Below the pieces are notes generated by a model. The model saw only the letters and a program-made list of their open reading frames with translations. It did no database searches and was not told the origin of the DNA. From assembly GCA_965235115.1 (NCBI GenBank), contig OZ249447.1, positions 23,808,001-23,872,000 of the forward strand: 64,000 nucleotides of DNA, written 5' to 3'. A program made the translations under genes and the position numbers. The first letter of the stretch is position 1. Each line of letters begins with the position of its first letter. This document shows positions 13,801-28,800 of this stretch, in pieces. Source of the stretch: Laetmonice hystrix. Taxonomy: Eukaryota.

Positions 13801-16800
13801 ATGGAAGAGATCACTCCCGCCACCCTCCAAAAGGTGTTCCATAATATGCAGCGTCGTGTGCAGACCTGTCTTCAGGCCTCTGGGGGACATTTCCAACATT
13901 TGCTGTAGGAGAAACGGCAATATCCCAAATAAAACTTCACTTTTAATAATATTTTGTTGAAACCTTTTCCCACTGCACATTAATTGCTGTACATGGAGTG
14001 AGTCTGGGTGGAGTATTTTATTCACCTGCGCCTTGAGGTTTGGGTGGAAGATGATGTAGCCATTGGCGTTAATAGAGAATGCGTAGCCTGACGGACCCAG
14101 TTCCTGCAGCGGTGCCAGCTCGATCATATCTCGCGTCGTGACGTCAGAACCCATCACACCCAGGATAGTCTGGTTAGACTGAAGTAAAAACACATCAACA
14201 CCATGTCAGTTTATAGTTCTCACAATCAACGCATCGCTTGCCTTAGCATCTTTGCCGTTCATGATCGGAAATGAAGTAATATCCTGTGTCTCAGAAACGT
14301 CCCCGAAACAAGCAACTCGATGAAATTACTCTGGTGACCTGCAGAGCCTCAGGGTCCAACAGTCTCTATTTGTTTGGTCTTACCAGGGCTGCTGCATTCA
14401 AAGTCATTCCAATGGACGTCAGAAAGAATACAGATATTACAATTTCTTTACTTAAGCGATTAATAATGTTAGCAACATTTGTTCATAAATTTTCAATTTT
14501 ACATAAATTATTTGTTGCAAAACGTGGTTATCTCCTATTATTTACTGGTAACCTTGCAAACATCAACATAAGTCAACAGATTAAAATAAATATTAATTAA
14601 GGGATGGCAATCCTTCGCTATGAACCAATTAATTACTTAAAAGTGGGCGCATCTGTAGCTAACAGGTACATACCAAGGGCCCGCAAAGCAAGACATACAC
14701 CTACCAGCTAACCTATACTTACACTTATACTTGAACAATGAAAACTATATACATGTACATTATTTCGTTTCAACCTAATCTGGGTTTTAGCACTGGTCTC
14801 TTGGGAATAGAACTGTTAGTTCTTGCTGGACATAAAGAACATCCTGGAGAAATATGTACCAAGTGTAATAAAAACTGAATATAACAAAAACGAACTGAGG
14901 AGAATGGGACGTAATGTATTTGAGGAAGGCACCCTTAATTTCAATTGTGGGTTTTAGGCAAGGAAGTTACCAGGTCATCGCCATGACAACAATTCCGTTT
15001 ACTTTACAACACTAGAAAATCAGATTTTAGACTCAGGGAATACCGGTAGTATGAAGGAAATATTATATTTTCAGTTGAGGATGTTGAAATGTCAAGAAAA
15101 CGGGATACCATACATTTACAAATGAGAGTTAAAAATTCTGGTTGCTATGTGACTGAAGGAAACGCTGTGGAATGGTGAGAACTGAAGGATCAAACAGGTT
15201 TTTGTGGGGTGTGTCGGTAGATACATACGCAGCAAAGTTTGGTCTGAAATATAAGTGATCACTTGGGTATCAATCAGTGATTCCCGGGTAGGGTTGCTTC
15301 AGTTATATCCTCGCACGGGAGTCTGCAGGAATCGGCCTTCACCGTCTTAAACTTAACTTCTTGGCTTAGACTTAGATCTAATACTTCTGAACCCAAATCG
15401 TTAGGGTTAAGCAAGAACGATAATTTTGACATACTCAGCCCTGTACGATTTAGGACCATTCCGAGAACTTATCACCAGTACTGGAGCCTGTTTTATAACT
15501 TGCTTTCGTCTCTGTCAGTATGACAGATAAAGGGCTTCCTGTCTTTAGTAGTAGACACATGACACAGTCTGAAATCAAACAAATATTTCCGCCGATAGCA
15601 GGCAAATAGCCAAGATTACGCTTGGGAAAAGAACCCATCGACCTAAACCAAAGTGGACTATAATCAGGCACGACGTCAAGAGTATACCTACTCCAGTGAC
15701 AAATATTCCTCTCATGGGAAAGCCTGACCCTGACCCTGTCCAAAGTTTGGTCGATTTCGCAACGTTCAGAGTATTAACACTGTGGGTACTAAAGCCATGT
15801 TTCACTCTCCATTCATGATGTTTCATTCTGCCAAACATTACAATGTTTATCCTCAGGCCATTTTATACTGTGGCTACCAAGATTTACTCTCCATAACACA
15901 GCTTAGTGTCAAGGACACAGCAACAAATTTAAACATCCTACCAAAGCCTACAAGGATCAAATTAAATCGCAAATCTCCGTGATTACAAAGGATTTAGCAT
16001 TTGTTTGTCTAAATGACATTGGTTTGAATACAAATGTAAAATGGAGGAGATGAACATAACCTGAGAAAGGAGTGAATCACTAGACGTGTGCATTGAAATG
16101 CGAACAGATTAAGGTAAATAAGGCAAAACCTCCATTTTACGCTTTATTCGTTTTGAGTGGCAGGTACCATTCCATAAGATTCAAACCACATACACTAATA
16201 TTTTTAAAACATATCATCACATGATTTGAGTAACATCAACAATTTTCATGGGAAATATTTCATCTGCTTTATTATAATTATAAAATGTTGCGACTGCATC
16301 TGAAATGTAGTCATGCATCGATAGAAAACTATTTGAGAAAATCTACAATATTCTAGCAATGTGTTCCATGTATTAAGAAAAAACCGAGTACCTACAATGT
16401 CTATGCTGCGGTTGTAGACTGGTAGAGTGACGGTGGTCATCATGCCAAGCCCCTGAATATACAATAATTACTATCAGCAACAGGAATACAACAAATAACA
16501 AAACTGCACATTAAACACAAACAGTTCATGCTACTTCTTCCTTAGGGCCTCATTATTGTGGAATCACAATAAATAACATGTAAATATATAAGAGGAGACG
16601 GTTGTCTAGTGTTACTCAATTTAGTATCTGGTAGTAAAAAACTAGTAATGAAATAATCTTTATTCCACATTTTACTGCCAGGGTAGACATAAAATATATT
16701 GTATAAATGCTACCAGCATTACAATAATTAACACAGATACCGGAGAGAACCATGCAATTACTTTACACCTGATTATAAAAACAAAATGACATAATGATCT

Positions 16801-19800
16801 GCTGGTATTTAACCATAGAGGCTAGAGTATGAAACCGGTCAGAAAACCAGGGTTAGAAACTGGGGCTGGAGACAAGTGTAAGCAATTCAGTTACAAAAAT
16901 AACGATAGCTAAACGTTGGAATGGTTTAATACTGTACTAATACTAACAATCAACAAGCAAACCAATCATTTAAATGATATGTACTGGTCTATATGTCCTG
17001 AAAATATTTTACACAGTATTTTCACAGCGTAGTTGCAATAATATTAATGGATGAGTACGTCTGATTAATTTATAAAGTTTTTTTAAAAGCCAAGGCATGC
17101 GCCATTAGTTGGGCAAACGACCCCTGAAAAAAAAGTTACATCGCACGATACAACAAATATTCCACTAAAAAGACAATCTACAAGGAGGAAAACGGATATT
17201 AGTCTTCATAAAACACGCAAAAACCATGCAATGATCATGTCGGGACTGGCTACAGGCAAAATTGTTTCGTTTATCAAACTGGACATGACTGAAGAAAAAT
17301 AGCTCTAGACCTCTTATAATACAACGATAATTCAGATGACATTTTCAAAAATGAAGTCTATTAAATCTGAAGTTGACGAATCTCGAAGAGTAGTACCTAT
17401 TATTACCTCCCTCTACAAAATCAGCCAACAGTTACTTTGAAACCCCCTTTTTTTAAAATAAAAAATCTGAATATAAGACTTATGCAGACGGTTACAATTT
17501 AAATCAGTATCAGCAGTATGACACTGTACATAAGGAACTTAATTCAATTTTCATCGATGAACAAATAGAAATGATGTCAAATCAAAAAATTTTCGACTAG
17601 AAAATATCTAAAGTAAGATATTAACAAATTTGAAAAATTTCTATTTGGGAATTTAAGTACTTGGAAATTGAAAAGAATCTATACTGGATTTTACATATTC
17701 AAATTTGAATAATTTCTATTTAGAAATTTTAAAGAATCTATCCTCGGTCTTACATGTTCAAATTAGAATAAATTCTATTTGGAAATTCAAAAGAATCTAT
17801 ACTCGTTTTTTCATGTTCGAATTTGAATAATGTTGCTAATTTTCTATTTGGCAGAACTTTTTTTTAAGTTAACGTATTATCGTCAGTGAGCAACGGCGAA
17901 CGGGAGATAGCAAGAAACATGGCAACATACATGTACAGTAAATTCGAAAACATCGTTACGCCACAACACTTCTAAATACTGTGTCAGGTTCCAATCTCGC
18001 TCACACACTGCATGACCTTTTCCTTGGTCTAAATTTCTCACATTTTTTAAAGTTTATGCTACAGTTCATTACCACATCGATTAATTTCCCGGTATTTATG
18101 ATGACGGAGCGATGTTTCACAGATTTTACTGAGCAACATGTTTGTGGAAGCGGAGATGATGCTACCAAGTGAGATAAAAATATACCCGGGTAGATCTATT
18201 ACTTGAAACTAAGAATACGTAAATTAATTAACTGCTAAGATGATGTCCCTAGATTAATCTAGATAAGATTTTAAAATTCTTTTTTCTTTTTTTAAGAATT
18301 CTGATCCGTAGTTTCAAGAAATCAAATGTTGGCTACCTGATGGTAAAAAGAGTACAAAATATTTCCATGCGTGTGCAGAAGCCATCTATAAAGGAACTTG
18401 ATCCATATTAGATTCAAGGGATTTAATAACACCCACACAATACCAGGTAGCACAAGACACCATAATGTATGCAACGTGCCACCTCTACCTACATATGTAC
18501 AAGAAATTCGTTGCCAAAAAATGTCAAATACGTAGGGTAGCATAAATATAAATTTTAAAAAAAACACGAGCACAAAGAAGCACATCAAGACAACGGCGAG
18601 TGTGCAACAGATAAATCTTGTAACGAAACGAGTAACGAATGGATGTTGTAAGTAACAAGGGATGTTTTACCCGTGTGTCATATCTATCATTAGTCCAGGT
18701 AGGCTGTTTTATATCATTAATGGCCCGGGGACGCGCAAGCACGGGTACATAGTTCTTCACACCAATGAAAGAGAAAACATGCAGAAGGTGCATCAGAATA
18801 CATTGAACACACGGAATGTGTGTCACAGCACTGCCTACCTGGGCAGTCTCGTGCATCATCTTCACACATAGTTTCTATACATCAACCACAACTTAAACCG
18901 GTCAGATGCTGTAATCATTTCAATTAAATTACATTACCAAAAGACTTTTCCAAATCACCAAAGGCAGTTTTCCCCCCTTTTGAAAATGTATTTAAGTGCT
19001 AGGTAAATCATTTTGGCAGCTAATATGCTTGTGGTCTGTCATTCCAGGCATGAAATGATTTATACGTCCAGAACATCTTGACTGGTTAAGTTTCCAAAGA
19101 TCGCCAAACCTCCGCAGTTTTAGGAGTTAGTCTGGTTAGTTGTCGACAGCCCCACACACAGCAGCTCATATTGCCTTTTTTCTAACCTCCATCCTAATTA
19201 ATACTTCAATACATACTGCTACAACAAGAAATGAAAGGTCACATACTTTGTCATAAACACCTGGTTAGTTGTGGCGCTCGAAGCACTCATTACCAGGTTT
19301 AAATTATTCAAGGTTTTCCAAAGTTGTTTTTATCATGCTGCCCGTATAGACTTATAACCCGGCAATATTGCACTGTCTACTTGTGAGGTACGTATTATCT
19401 GTGACACAGGAAGAGAAGATTGCACATCAAAGATTCTGTCGATCTACTCATTATGGCGCTATCTTCTCAACAAAGGCTGCAACTAAGCTGGTCTGGTGAG
19501 GAAGAATTAGGGAGGAAAGCTGAAAGACATGAAGCTTTAGTACCGGTAACACTCCTAGAACACTGAGTGGTTCTTAGTCAAGTAATATCACGCCATACTG
19601 CGCTCGGTCTACCTTGTAAGTCTAGGGCACCTGGGGAAATCGTAAGTAAGATAATAACTACGGTTAGAGCTGATGCTTCAATCACTAGGTGGGAGGAGGG
19701 GTCGGGGGTTGGGGGGTCGGCCGACTGTACCGCAGCGATCCGGGACAGGGAGTCGGTTTGTTGCTGTAGCAACCAGCCAATACATGTATTCATGAGAAAA

Positions 19801-22800
19801 GCGACGTTGTACTGGTGGCATGGGAGAGTATAAATACATTAATTGTCACGCAGAAACATAATGCTGGTTTGGGACAACATATTGTTGGTTTAAGACAACA
19901 TATTCCCGGATTTAGACCAAATATTTCTGGCATTTGGTAAAATATTGATGGTTTGATCCTGATGACAACCCGGATACACTAGGTCCAGTTCTAACCAAAG
20001 CTTCCCACGAAGACCGATTTCATATTTTTTTTCTCTCCTATCTTCTAGAACATGACCATAACTTCATAAAACATGTATGTTACTAATATCACCTTACTCA
20101 TAACGAAAAGTAGCAGCAATTAAATTTATCCCGAGACATGGATCTTGATTCTTTAGATAACTTCGAAAAGCCTAGAACACCATATTCTGAAGTCTTACTA
20201 TTGAGGGCCTTCATTACCATTATTTTGATAAAGGTCAATTTGACATTTTCACCCCGATTTCGACCTAATATTTTCTCACATTACCCACATAATATAAACC
20301 TACTGAGGCTTGTAATATTCCCATACGTTTATAGAAACCCCCCTTTCAACCCCAATCTAAACTGTGGACCAGGCAGGCGTATGGTCATCCTATACAGTTA
20401 AATGATGTTAGTAAACAGGTACGGGGGTATGCCTTCATGCAGTCGCCAATGGGTGAGCTCTTTACCGCTTGGTCCAGGTAAGAGTAACTCCAGCGAAACT
20501 CTTGGCTCTGATTCACCACCAGCCCCAGGCTCAGAATACCATAGTAGTTCTGTGTATGGATAAGACAAACTCAAGTCAAACTTCTCTTCAGCCAACAAAA
20601 CAGTCCGACGACAAAGCAGCAGTCGGACACGTACAGGACCCCTAGAAAAGGAAGATCAACCAGGGTGGAGGGACAACGTTTGGTGACTGCAGCTGAAACA
20701 CTGTAACCAGACTGGAAACCGGAGATGGAGTTGTCAAGGTGACGTGGTGGTGTCATCAAGGACAGTCACATCAACAAATGTCCGTACAACCTGTACCTGT
20801 ACCCTTCCCTGCTGTAAATATAATGTACCAGTAAGTACTGTTAATTTATATACCAGTATATATACAGCCCTTCGACTGTAATAAAAGGGTACAACTACAT
20901 ACGTATGTATGTACATGTATTTGTACCCTTTTATTAAAGTGGAAAGGCTGTATGGTGCATTAGTTCTTAAATTGTACTTTATATTATTGACCTCTTACCC
21001 CTATAAAACTACATTAGGAGAGTGACACAAGCCTCAGACTGTGCCTGTACCACTACAAGATTAGAAGAGACTGAAGGATTCCCAGGGCGAAGTCTGTAGT
21101 TATTCAACACAAAGAGTCCACAGTCACCTGGCCTTAACCTTAGCAGATCAACGATACCAAAGATGTGAAACACACAGAAAGACTAACAATACAGTGGTTA
21201 GTTGAGCTGACGTTATCTCGGTCCTACCCAGGAGTCAAGGTAGACATTGCTCCATTGGATCAGTCTGGCCTTGTTAAGAGCCAGCGGTCGAGCGATCACC
21301 GCGGTCGGATGCTGTTGTAAACAATAAGTTTAATTCAGAGACCGAACCAAACTCAATCCCGGTTATAAAATCACAACATGAGTAGATAATATCTAAAGAT
21401 AATCATTCACCACAGCTGGGCTTCAGGCTTTGAGCGTGGGTATTCCGTCTATTACTGTATACGGCAAACTATTAAAGAAGAAGAAAAAACTTCTGGTTTA
21501 CTGGTAGAATTCTATGAAATCTATATACCGGTAAATTAATTAAAAATACAGTATATAATATTATAGTCTTTTTTCAATTCGTCACCTGTTTGATATATAC
21601 ATGCACCACCATCGACCACGATTTTTCTTCTCAAATACCCAAACAATAATATATGGACAAGTTTGATCAAACCCAAGCGGGACACATGCACTGTGTAAAC
21701 ATGAGACACGTCCAGGCCCACACACCTTGGTGGACGGCTCTGATAATCATACTTTATCATACCATTTATCATAAAACACCCCGGATATTACCTAATATCC
21801 TGAAAGTCAAAACATTTTCAAAACTGAACATGTACAAATAATAGTCATCTTCAACTTATCTTCTTATGATATCTTAGTACGCCTACCGAGTAGTTCGACA
21901 AAAATACCATTTTATCGAGAAACCAACTACTACATCTGTGTTTGGTTTTTTGAATAACTGATATGTTTATATTTAGGACTGATAGAACTGACGCTGAACA
22001 AAGTAAAAAATCTATGGCTACCGTCTGGTAATGGTAGGCTGTATTATATTCTACCGACTGTTATTGTGATATTATGATGTTAAGGGACACTGTTTTCCTG
22101 AATACGGTACAGCCATTGATACAGCGGCAAACACATGGCTATATCTAGATAAATCTGGAAGTCTAGTGCGTGTACGTCACACGAGCTGGTTGGCTGGCAC
22201 AAAGGCCTCACTACCACTGGGATGTGACAATAGCATTACGATACTTCGGCTAGACAAGAAGAGAGATTTCCCGTACCAGTATCTCTTCGCCGGGCTTCAA
22301 CATTCAACAAACAATGCAAAACACAAGTGAAATTTTCTGGAGAATGAACAACAACAAAAAGAGGGAAAGGTTGACAAAGTTATTACTGATGGACATTGGT
22401 GATGGTCGCCTTGCGTTATTCTTTTTGCAGCTGTTTTCAATGTGTGTGGGACAGAACATGCAAGGAACATCAACTTGGACAAGATGTATGTATCACTTGT
22501 TGGCAGCATAACAGCAGCACAATCAACACTTCTTGCAAACATACGCAAAAGTGCATCTTTACAAATCATGTGCAAAAACAATCAGCTGACCATTGCCAAT
22601 ATCCATCGAAAACGTCGAGTGATCAATTTAATTTCTCATCTTTTTTTTCCTTCTTATTCTCATCCTTTCTTTTAAGTATCAAAATTAAACATTTATTACC
22701 TAAATGTTTTCAAAGAATGAATCAAAATGTCAAGGTGGTGGTAAAACAATGGCATCTCAACAAAAATGTGACTGGTCGAGACAGGATCAATGCGATTGGG

Positions 22801-25800
22801 AAACAATTAGAACTTGGCTCACTAATGATGACTTCTTGGTATCATAATTACTTGATAATCACACAGGATTGAAATATCAACATGAAGACTTTGGGTCAAT
22901 CCTACAACACAGGTACCAGCGATGTATAAGGAGCAGGACTAGAAAGTTCACTCAGGCTGGGTCATCATGAAGTTGACATCAGATTCCACAATATAAACTC
23001 GGATATAATAGACAAATATGCACATAATATGATGATGTTGTATGGATAGAAAAGGCAGGGGCCAGGTCTGATGCACACAATATTTAACAATGTTCACGGT
23101 TAAAATGGGGGCGGACTCGGTAGCAGTAGATGTGGTATGAATGAAAACTAGATAGACTTGGAGCGAACGTGGTGACTGGAGTATTTGTTTCTATGGGATA
23201 GCACTGCTATACTGATAGAAATGTATTGATGCTATATTAGTCGTTGGTATAGTGGAATGTTGCTCAGGATTGTGTCAGGTTATCGTCTTGTGATGATGGG
23301 CGGGACTGAAGGACTGGCACACCGATGTACGACACACTGACTAATGAGATACGAAGAGTTGTTCAAACACTTACATTGATTATCTTCAGAAGAAGAATGG
23401 CAACGGTAATGGCACAGTTGCAGCATGGTAGTTGCATGTATGGGGAAGTGGGTGGACTTTATATGGGGGTCTCGATTTGTTCGCAAACGCCACCTGATCA
23501 TTGAGATCTGTACAAAAGTCTCTCCGGCTCTTCTCATTCATTTCGTTGTCTGTTCATTCTAATAGCCCTGGCTTGGCCCTGCACAGGTTTCTACATAATT
23601 ACTAATCAGTTTTAATTAAACTGTCTGAAAACCGTCAGGTTTCAAATTATGCCTGGGTTTGTTTTGGGGCCTGGGCCACCAAGCGGGCCGGTTTATGTTA
23701 CACACGTGGGTGTTACGGAATGCCTGATGACTGATATATTTTGTAACCTAACGACGTTGTGACATTTGGGGAGCCGATTATTGAGGGCCATACGGTGCAC
23801 TCAAGGCGTAATGTTTTCAGGTATATGAAATGAGATGAGATGTGGCTCTATCCCCTAGATATCATCTCGGGGTGGGGTATACAGGTCCGTGCCGGACGCT
23901 GATGACAGGGTGGACCTCATAACAATGGTTAAAACCTACTTTTGGTTAAACCCTGTGGAACCTTTAAAGGGGTTGGGGGGGGGTCAATAACTTGGTGAAT
24001 ACTGCATTTGATTTCTACTCACCTGCACGGTGGAACGTATAGCGCCCATAGCTGGGATTCGAGCAAAGTATCCTAAAATATACAAGACACAGTATCACAG
24101 TGATAGGTTTTTTTCAGGTATAAATTGATATACACTTCTGAATTAGAAAGCTGACCAAGTGTCGAAACCGGGATTTATATTCACGTCCTATCTCATGCAA
24201 ACTAATAATATTTAGCATGAACAAAATCTATGACAATGGTTGGATCTTACCTTTATTAGAACAAGCAATCCAGCGAACTGCAGCCACTGGATTAGCAGTG
24301 GGTCCGACAGCATACGTGAAGATGCGATACTGAAGGGAAAAAAAACAACTCATTTGTCTGATCCTAGAACCTAAGATTCTGTGATACAGATGTACATGCT
24401 CAGAAGAGATAGAAATATCAAATGAATTCATGACATTGAATTCAAATACCGTCCACTTAATCTAGAGAATACTGGAGCAGAGGACGAATAAAGGGGTTAG
24501 AGGTAAACTGACCAACCTTCTTATCTGGCCAGTTATATTCTTCGAAGATCTCCGACGGTTCTTCCGTTCCTCCATCTGTCAGGAACATGATGATTCGGTT
24601 ACACCGGGCTCCGACACCGTCACTGGGGTCATGATCCTTGTAAAACTGTAGCACAACAAGTTTTATGGATGTGTATAAATCAACCCACTCAATCCATCAA
24701 TGTCGGGAAATGAGACATTCAGCAGACATCAAGCCAGATGCCAGGGCATTACCATGTAGAGCTCTTCAATGACTCTTCATTTTATCTCATCAATAGTGCT
24801 TGTGGACTAAGTAAAGCTAACTGAGGGTTTTACCCGGTTCCCATGAACTGAAATTACCTGGAATAGATGCCTTCCCTCTGTTCAATGAAGGACGAGATCA
24901 CCTCATTAAGAAACTTAATACATAAAGTAATGTCGTTCCAAAGCAGGATTTAGTAGCATTGCCAATGTACTATGTATTCATGAGTAGACAGGATTTTGTC
25001 TGCAGTCCTTCTGTTAGACAAAGCATGCATCTAACAGACCTAGAAGTACCCCCCATAAATCACTCTCATCAAAAGATGGATTATCTGATGTGCAGGTATT
25101 ATATGACTCAGAATGTCGGGCCTTCTCACTGGGCCCCCAAGTCCATCTACACATCCGTTTGTGAATACCTGAGAGAGAAATATAGATTCCTGGCATATAT
25201 CTGAGAACAATTATCATAATCACTTATCGGTCGTGACTTTTGATATTCCTTGGACTTTTTGTTTTTTATCTTCTTTTTTTAAATATAAATTTCGATCTTA
25301 GAGGGATCTTAGAGGGGGGGGGGGGTCCGTACGTTTCCTTCCCATATCTGAATAACTGGTTCTGGAGCACAAAGGCTCAAAGAAGACAATGGTATGTCAT
25401 ATACATTGTACTCCAGCAACCTTGAACATTTTACAGGGCACAGTTTACTTTCCCAGATACGCACTTCAGCACACCCAGATTCTGGAATGAATACAGCATC
25501 TGACCCGGGGGCTGTGGTGGCAATTCGGTTCAGTAAAGCAATAGCAAGGATCACTAAGTGGGTTACAAAGCAGGTATTGATGTTCCAATTACGGGTCTGA
25601 CCGTTCAAGCCCAGTCGGGTTTGAGCCTCAGCAGGCCTCATGATCTCCATCATCCAGACCTCCTCTCTATTCAAGGCAATTATATAAACCTCTAGTGAAG
25701 GAGCTGTGGGTGGATCATGACAAACTGCATGTATATAATATACATGTATGTGGATAGCAGCATTAGCTTTTACTGCTTCATTTCATTGCTAATCTCTACA

Positions 25801-28800
25801 TAATATACATGTATATGGATAGCGTTTACTGATTCATTTCATTGCTAATCTCTCCAGAACTGTTTGATCTTTTGCGGCGATGCCAGCGAAAGATACCTTC
25901 TTGTACTTTTGTATATATGTGTATGTGTGTTATTTGTCCTCTGTCAGTGTGCAACTCTAACCGCGGTTCTCAGCCGAGTTCTATCTACTGAATAAATATG
26001 CTTAACAAACAAAACAAAACAAAAAAAAAATAGCTTGACTATAATATGCCCAAGTGCACGGTTTTCACAAATATTTCAACTTTTTCCCGAAAATGAGATA
26101 CAAAGTCAAACTAAAAAGCCCGTTCAAACATCCTGATTCAGCCCTTCCCTTTGTTTCACTTTTGCCACACTGTAAGCAAAGAGCGAGCCAAGCCGAATTG
26201 AATTGAGCTACCGGAGACTTGGATCTCTATCATTCCTTCGTCTGTACTCGACACAACCCCAACTGGGACCTGCAAAAGCGAGATGAACCGACCGCCAAAC
26301 TCAGATGTGCCTTTGTCCTGCTCCCTACCATTCACGAGTCGGGCCAAACTGAAGGTAATTTGCGTGCTGCCACCTGGCGGCGAGTCAGTCGAGTGGTTGG
26401 TCTCGCTCAGTCAGAAGGCTGTTCAGTGTTGAATACGCCGAGATTAACGATCTCCGCCGATTCAGATGGCAGGAAATTAAGTGCCATCTCCACCTGGCCT
26501 AGGTGCCACCATGGTGAATTCATTTCCCCAGGTCTTACATTATGACGCGTTCTGAGACGCTGTTCAGATAATTGGGCACAATCATCGAGTCCAGGTAGCG
26601 GTATCTTCTGGGCTCACTGTGGGGAAGTGCTACCTCAGCTGAGTAAGGCCAGCTCACCAAGTTCCATACACAGTCCAAGAGTAAGTGTCATAACTGCCAT
26701 ACCGACAAGTCACTGCCTTTAAAACTAAGTATGCTATCAGTAGAATCCCTTCAAATAATTCGACCTGATCTATGACACATAGGGGCACTTTGGAGGAACC
26801 AGTAAATGTAGTTTCACAATCCTATCTTATATTGCTTTTGGAATATTTCTAATAAATCAGTTGACAAGTCATCTTAAGTACAGTACACCGGGAAAACACA
26901 GAGTAAGGTACATTATTAAAGGCATTCCGCCTCCATAGCTTCGCCCCCACCCCTAACCCGTTATCCGCGGATTTCATGCTTACCGTGAATCAAATCTAGG
27001 CCATTTCAGTTATACACATGTACATTCTAGTAGCTCCAATACTTATCGATATCGACGTGATACGGTGCCCAAGTGATTGGAAAACATTCAGGTCATCCTT
27101 TCAATTTGATTTATTTGTGAATCGATTACATTAACCTGAATTTCAGGACAGAATGCCTTTAAACTTTAGAATAAGAATGAGACAACAACAAAAAAGACTT
27201 TCTGGAGTTTGTAACTGAGGCTGATGAATCACGCTGGATAACATATGAAATCATGTAACTGATTTTTCTTTCTTATCATTATGCCTGATAATATCTGACA
27301 TTTCATTACGTAAACTTGAAATACTATTGTGAGAAATCTTAGTAGTATGTGACAAAAATACAAATGCCTCACTATTCTGACAACGTGTTCTTAGCAAGTC
27401 GACAGCAGATTATATCAACGTCCTGAGAATATCCAAATTTTATATCAGTCTCCTATCCGTTGACACACTAAGCCATTAAGTCGAAATATTGGTATTCAAT
27501 CCATAATGTTGTATTAAAAAAGGGCGGAGGACGTCAGAGAAGAGACACAATACGGCTTCATTATGTTTTCTAATTATCCACGGCGTTGATTATATCACAG
27601 CCGCCCCATCCTTACTTTGAGAAAACTGAGAGAGTGAACGAGTGAGCGACAGGTGGTGGTGTTGCGCTCTGTCAGAAAATACATCAGCAGCAACAGGAAT
27701 TGCTTACCTGTGCAAACGTTGTAAAAGCAAACTTCAGTCCTGCTGAGTAACTGGCCATGCCTTTGGCCTGCATGTCATCCACGCGGTCAAACAGAATCTA
27801 AAAGTCAAATCAGAGCCGTTTGCCATCAGTTTCACTCATTGTTTTTCAACTTATCACTTGTGACTACTAGCTGTCACTGTGCATGGTTACTGACGTCACT
27901 GTGCATGGTTACTGACGTCACTGTGCATGGTTACTGACGTCACTGTGCAGGGTTACTGACGTCACTGTGCATGGTTACTGACGTCACTGTGCATGGTTAC
28001 TGACGTCACTGTGCATGGTTACTGACGTCACTGTGCATGGTTACTGACGTCACTGTGCATGGTTACTGATGTCACTGTGCATGGTTACTGACGTCACTGT
28101 GCATGATTACTGACGTCACTGTGCATGGTTACTGACGTCACTGTGCACGGTTATTGACGTGTATGAAGTTCAAGGAATGCGTTTTCGTAACTTATTTCAT
28201 AAGAAGCAGAGAGGATAAATTCTAAGTATCACACTTATAATAAGTTATATTATATAAGATCACTATCAACATCAAAAAACATTTTCTACCAAACTAACGA
28301 AATTCAGGAAATACCTTCAATTAAAAGTACCTACTTGCTTGTTTCTGTGATTTGCTTGGACAAATGTGGTGAAACATCCAACAAGACTTGCTGTTTCGGA
28401 GAACTGGAACAAAACCAGTGTTCACTTTGAAGATGGCAAAGCTTCTAATGGCAAATCCTAGAACTTGTTAAAACTCAACATAGTCTCACTATAAACGACA
28501 CCCCCGAGCAGTACATTTACCATGAAAGCATGTCCGGTGTTTTTGTCTTTTATATGACTGTGCATCTGCCTTTATTATAACACAACGAATATCTAAAGGG
28601 GTAGATACCCTCATTAGACTTGCAGAACATCACAGATACTAGCAACATAATGGACAACAGATATATGAAGTACATGTACTACCATTATGGTACTACACAC
28701 TCGATGTGACTACATTGTAAATAATCAATGTCTCCCCGAAAATACAAGCACCGACGGCTTACTGGCTGAAACACTGGTTAGCCAGAACAGCGTATTAAAT

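Noticed and set aside
20138-20916. Cluster of 60-87 aa ORFs on both strands
   Set aside because: No recognisable domain, no consistent frame, no terminal repeats
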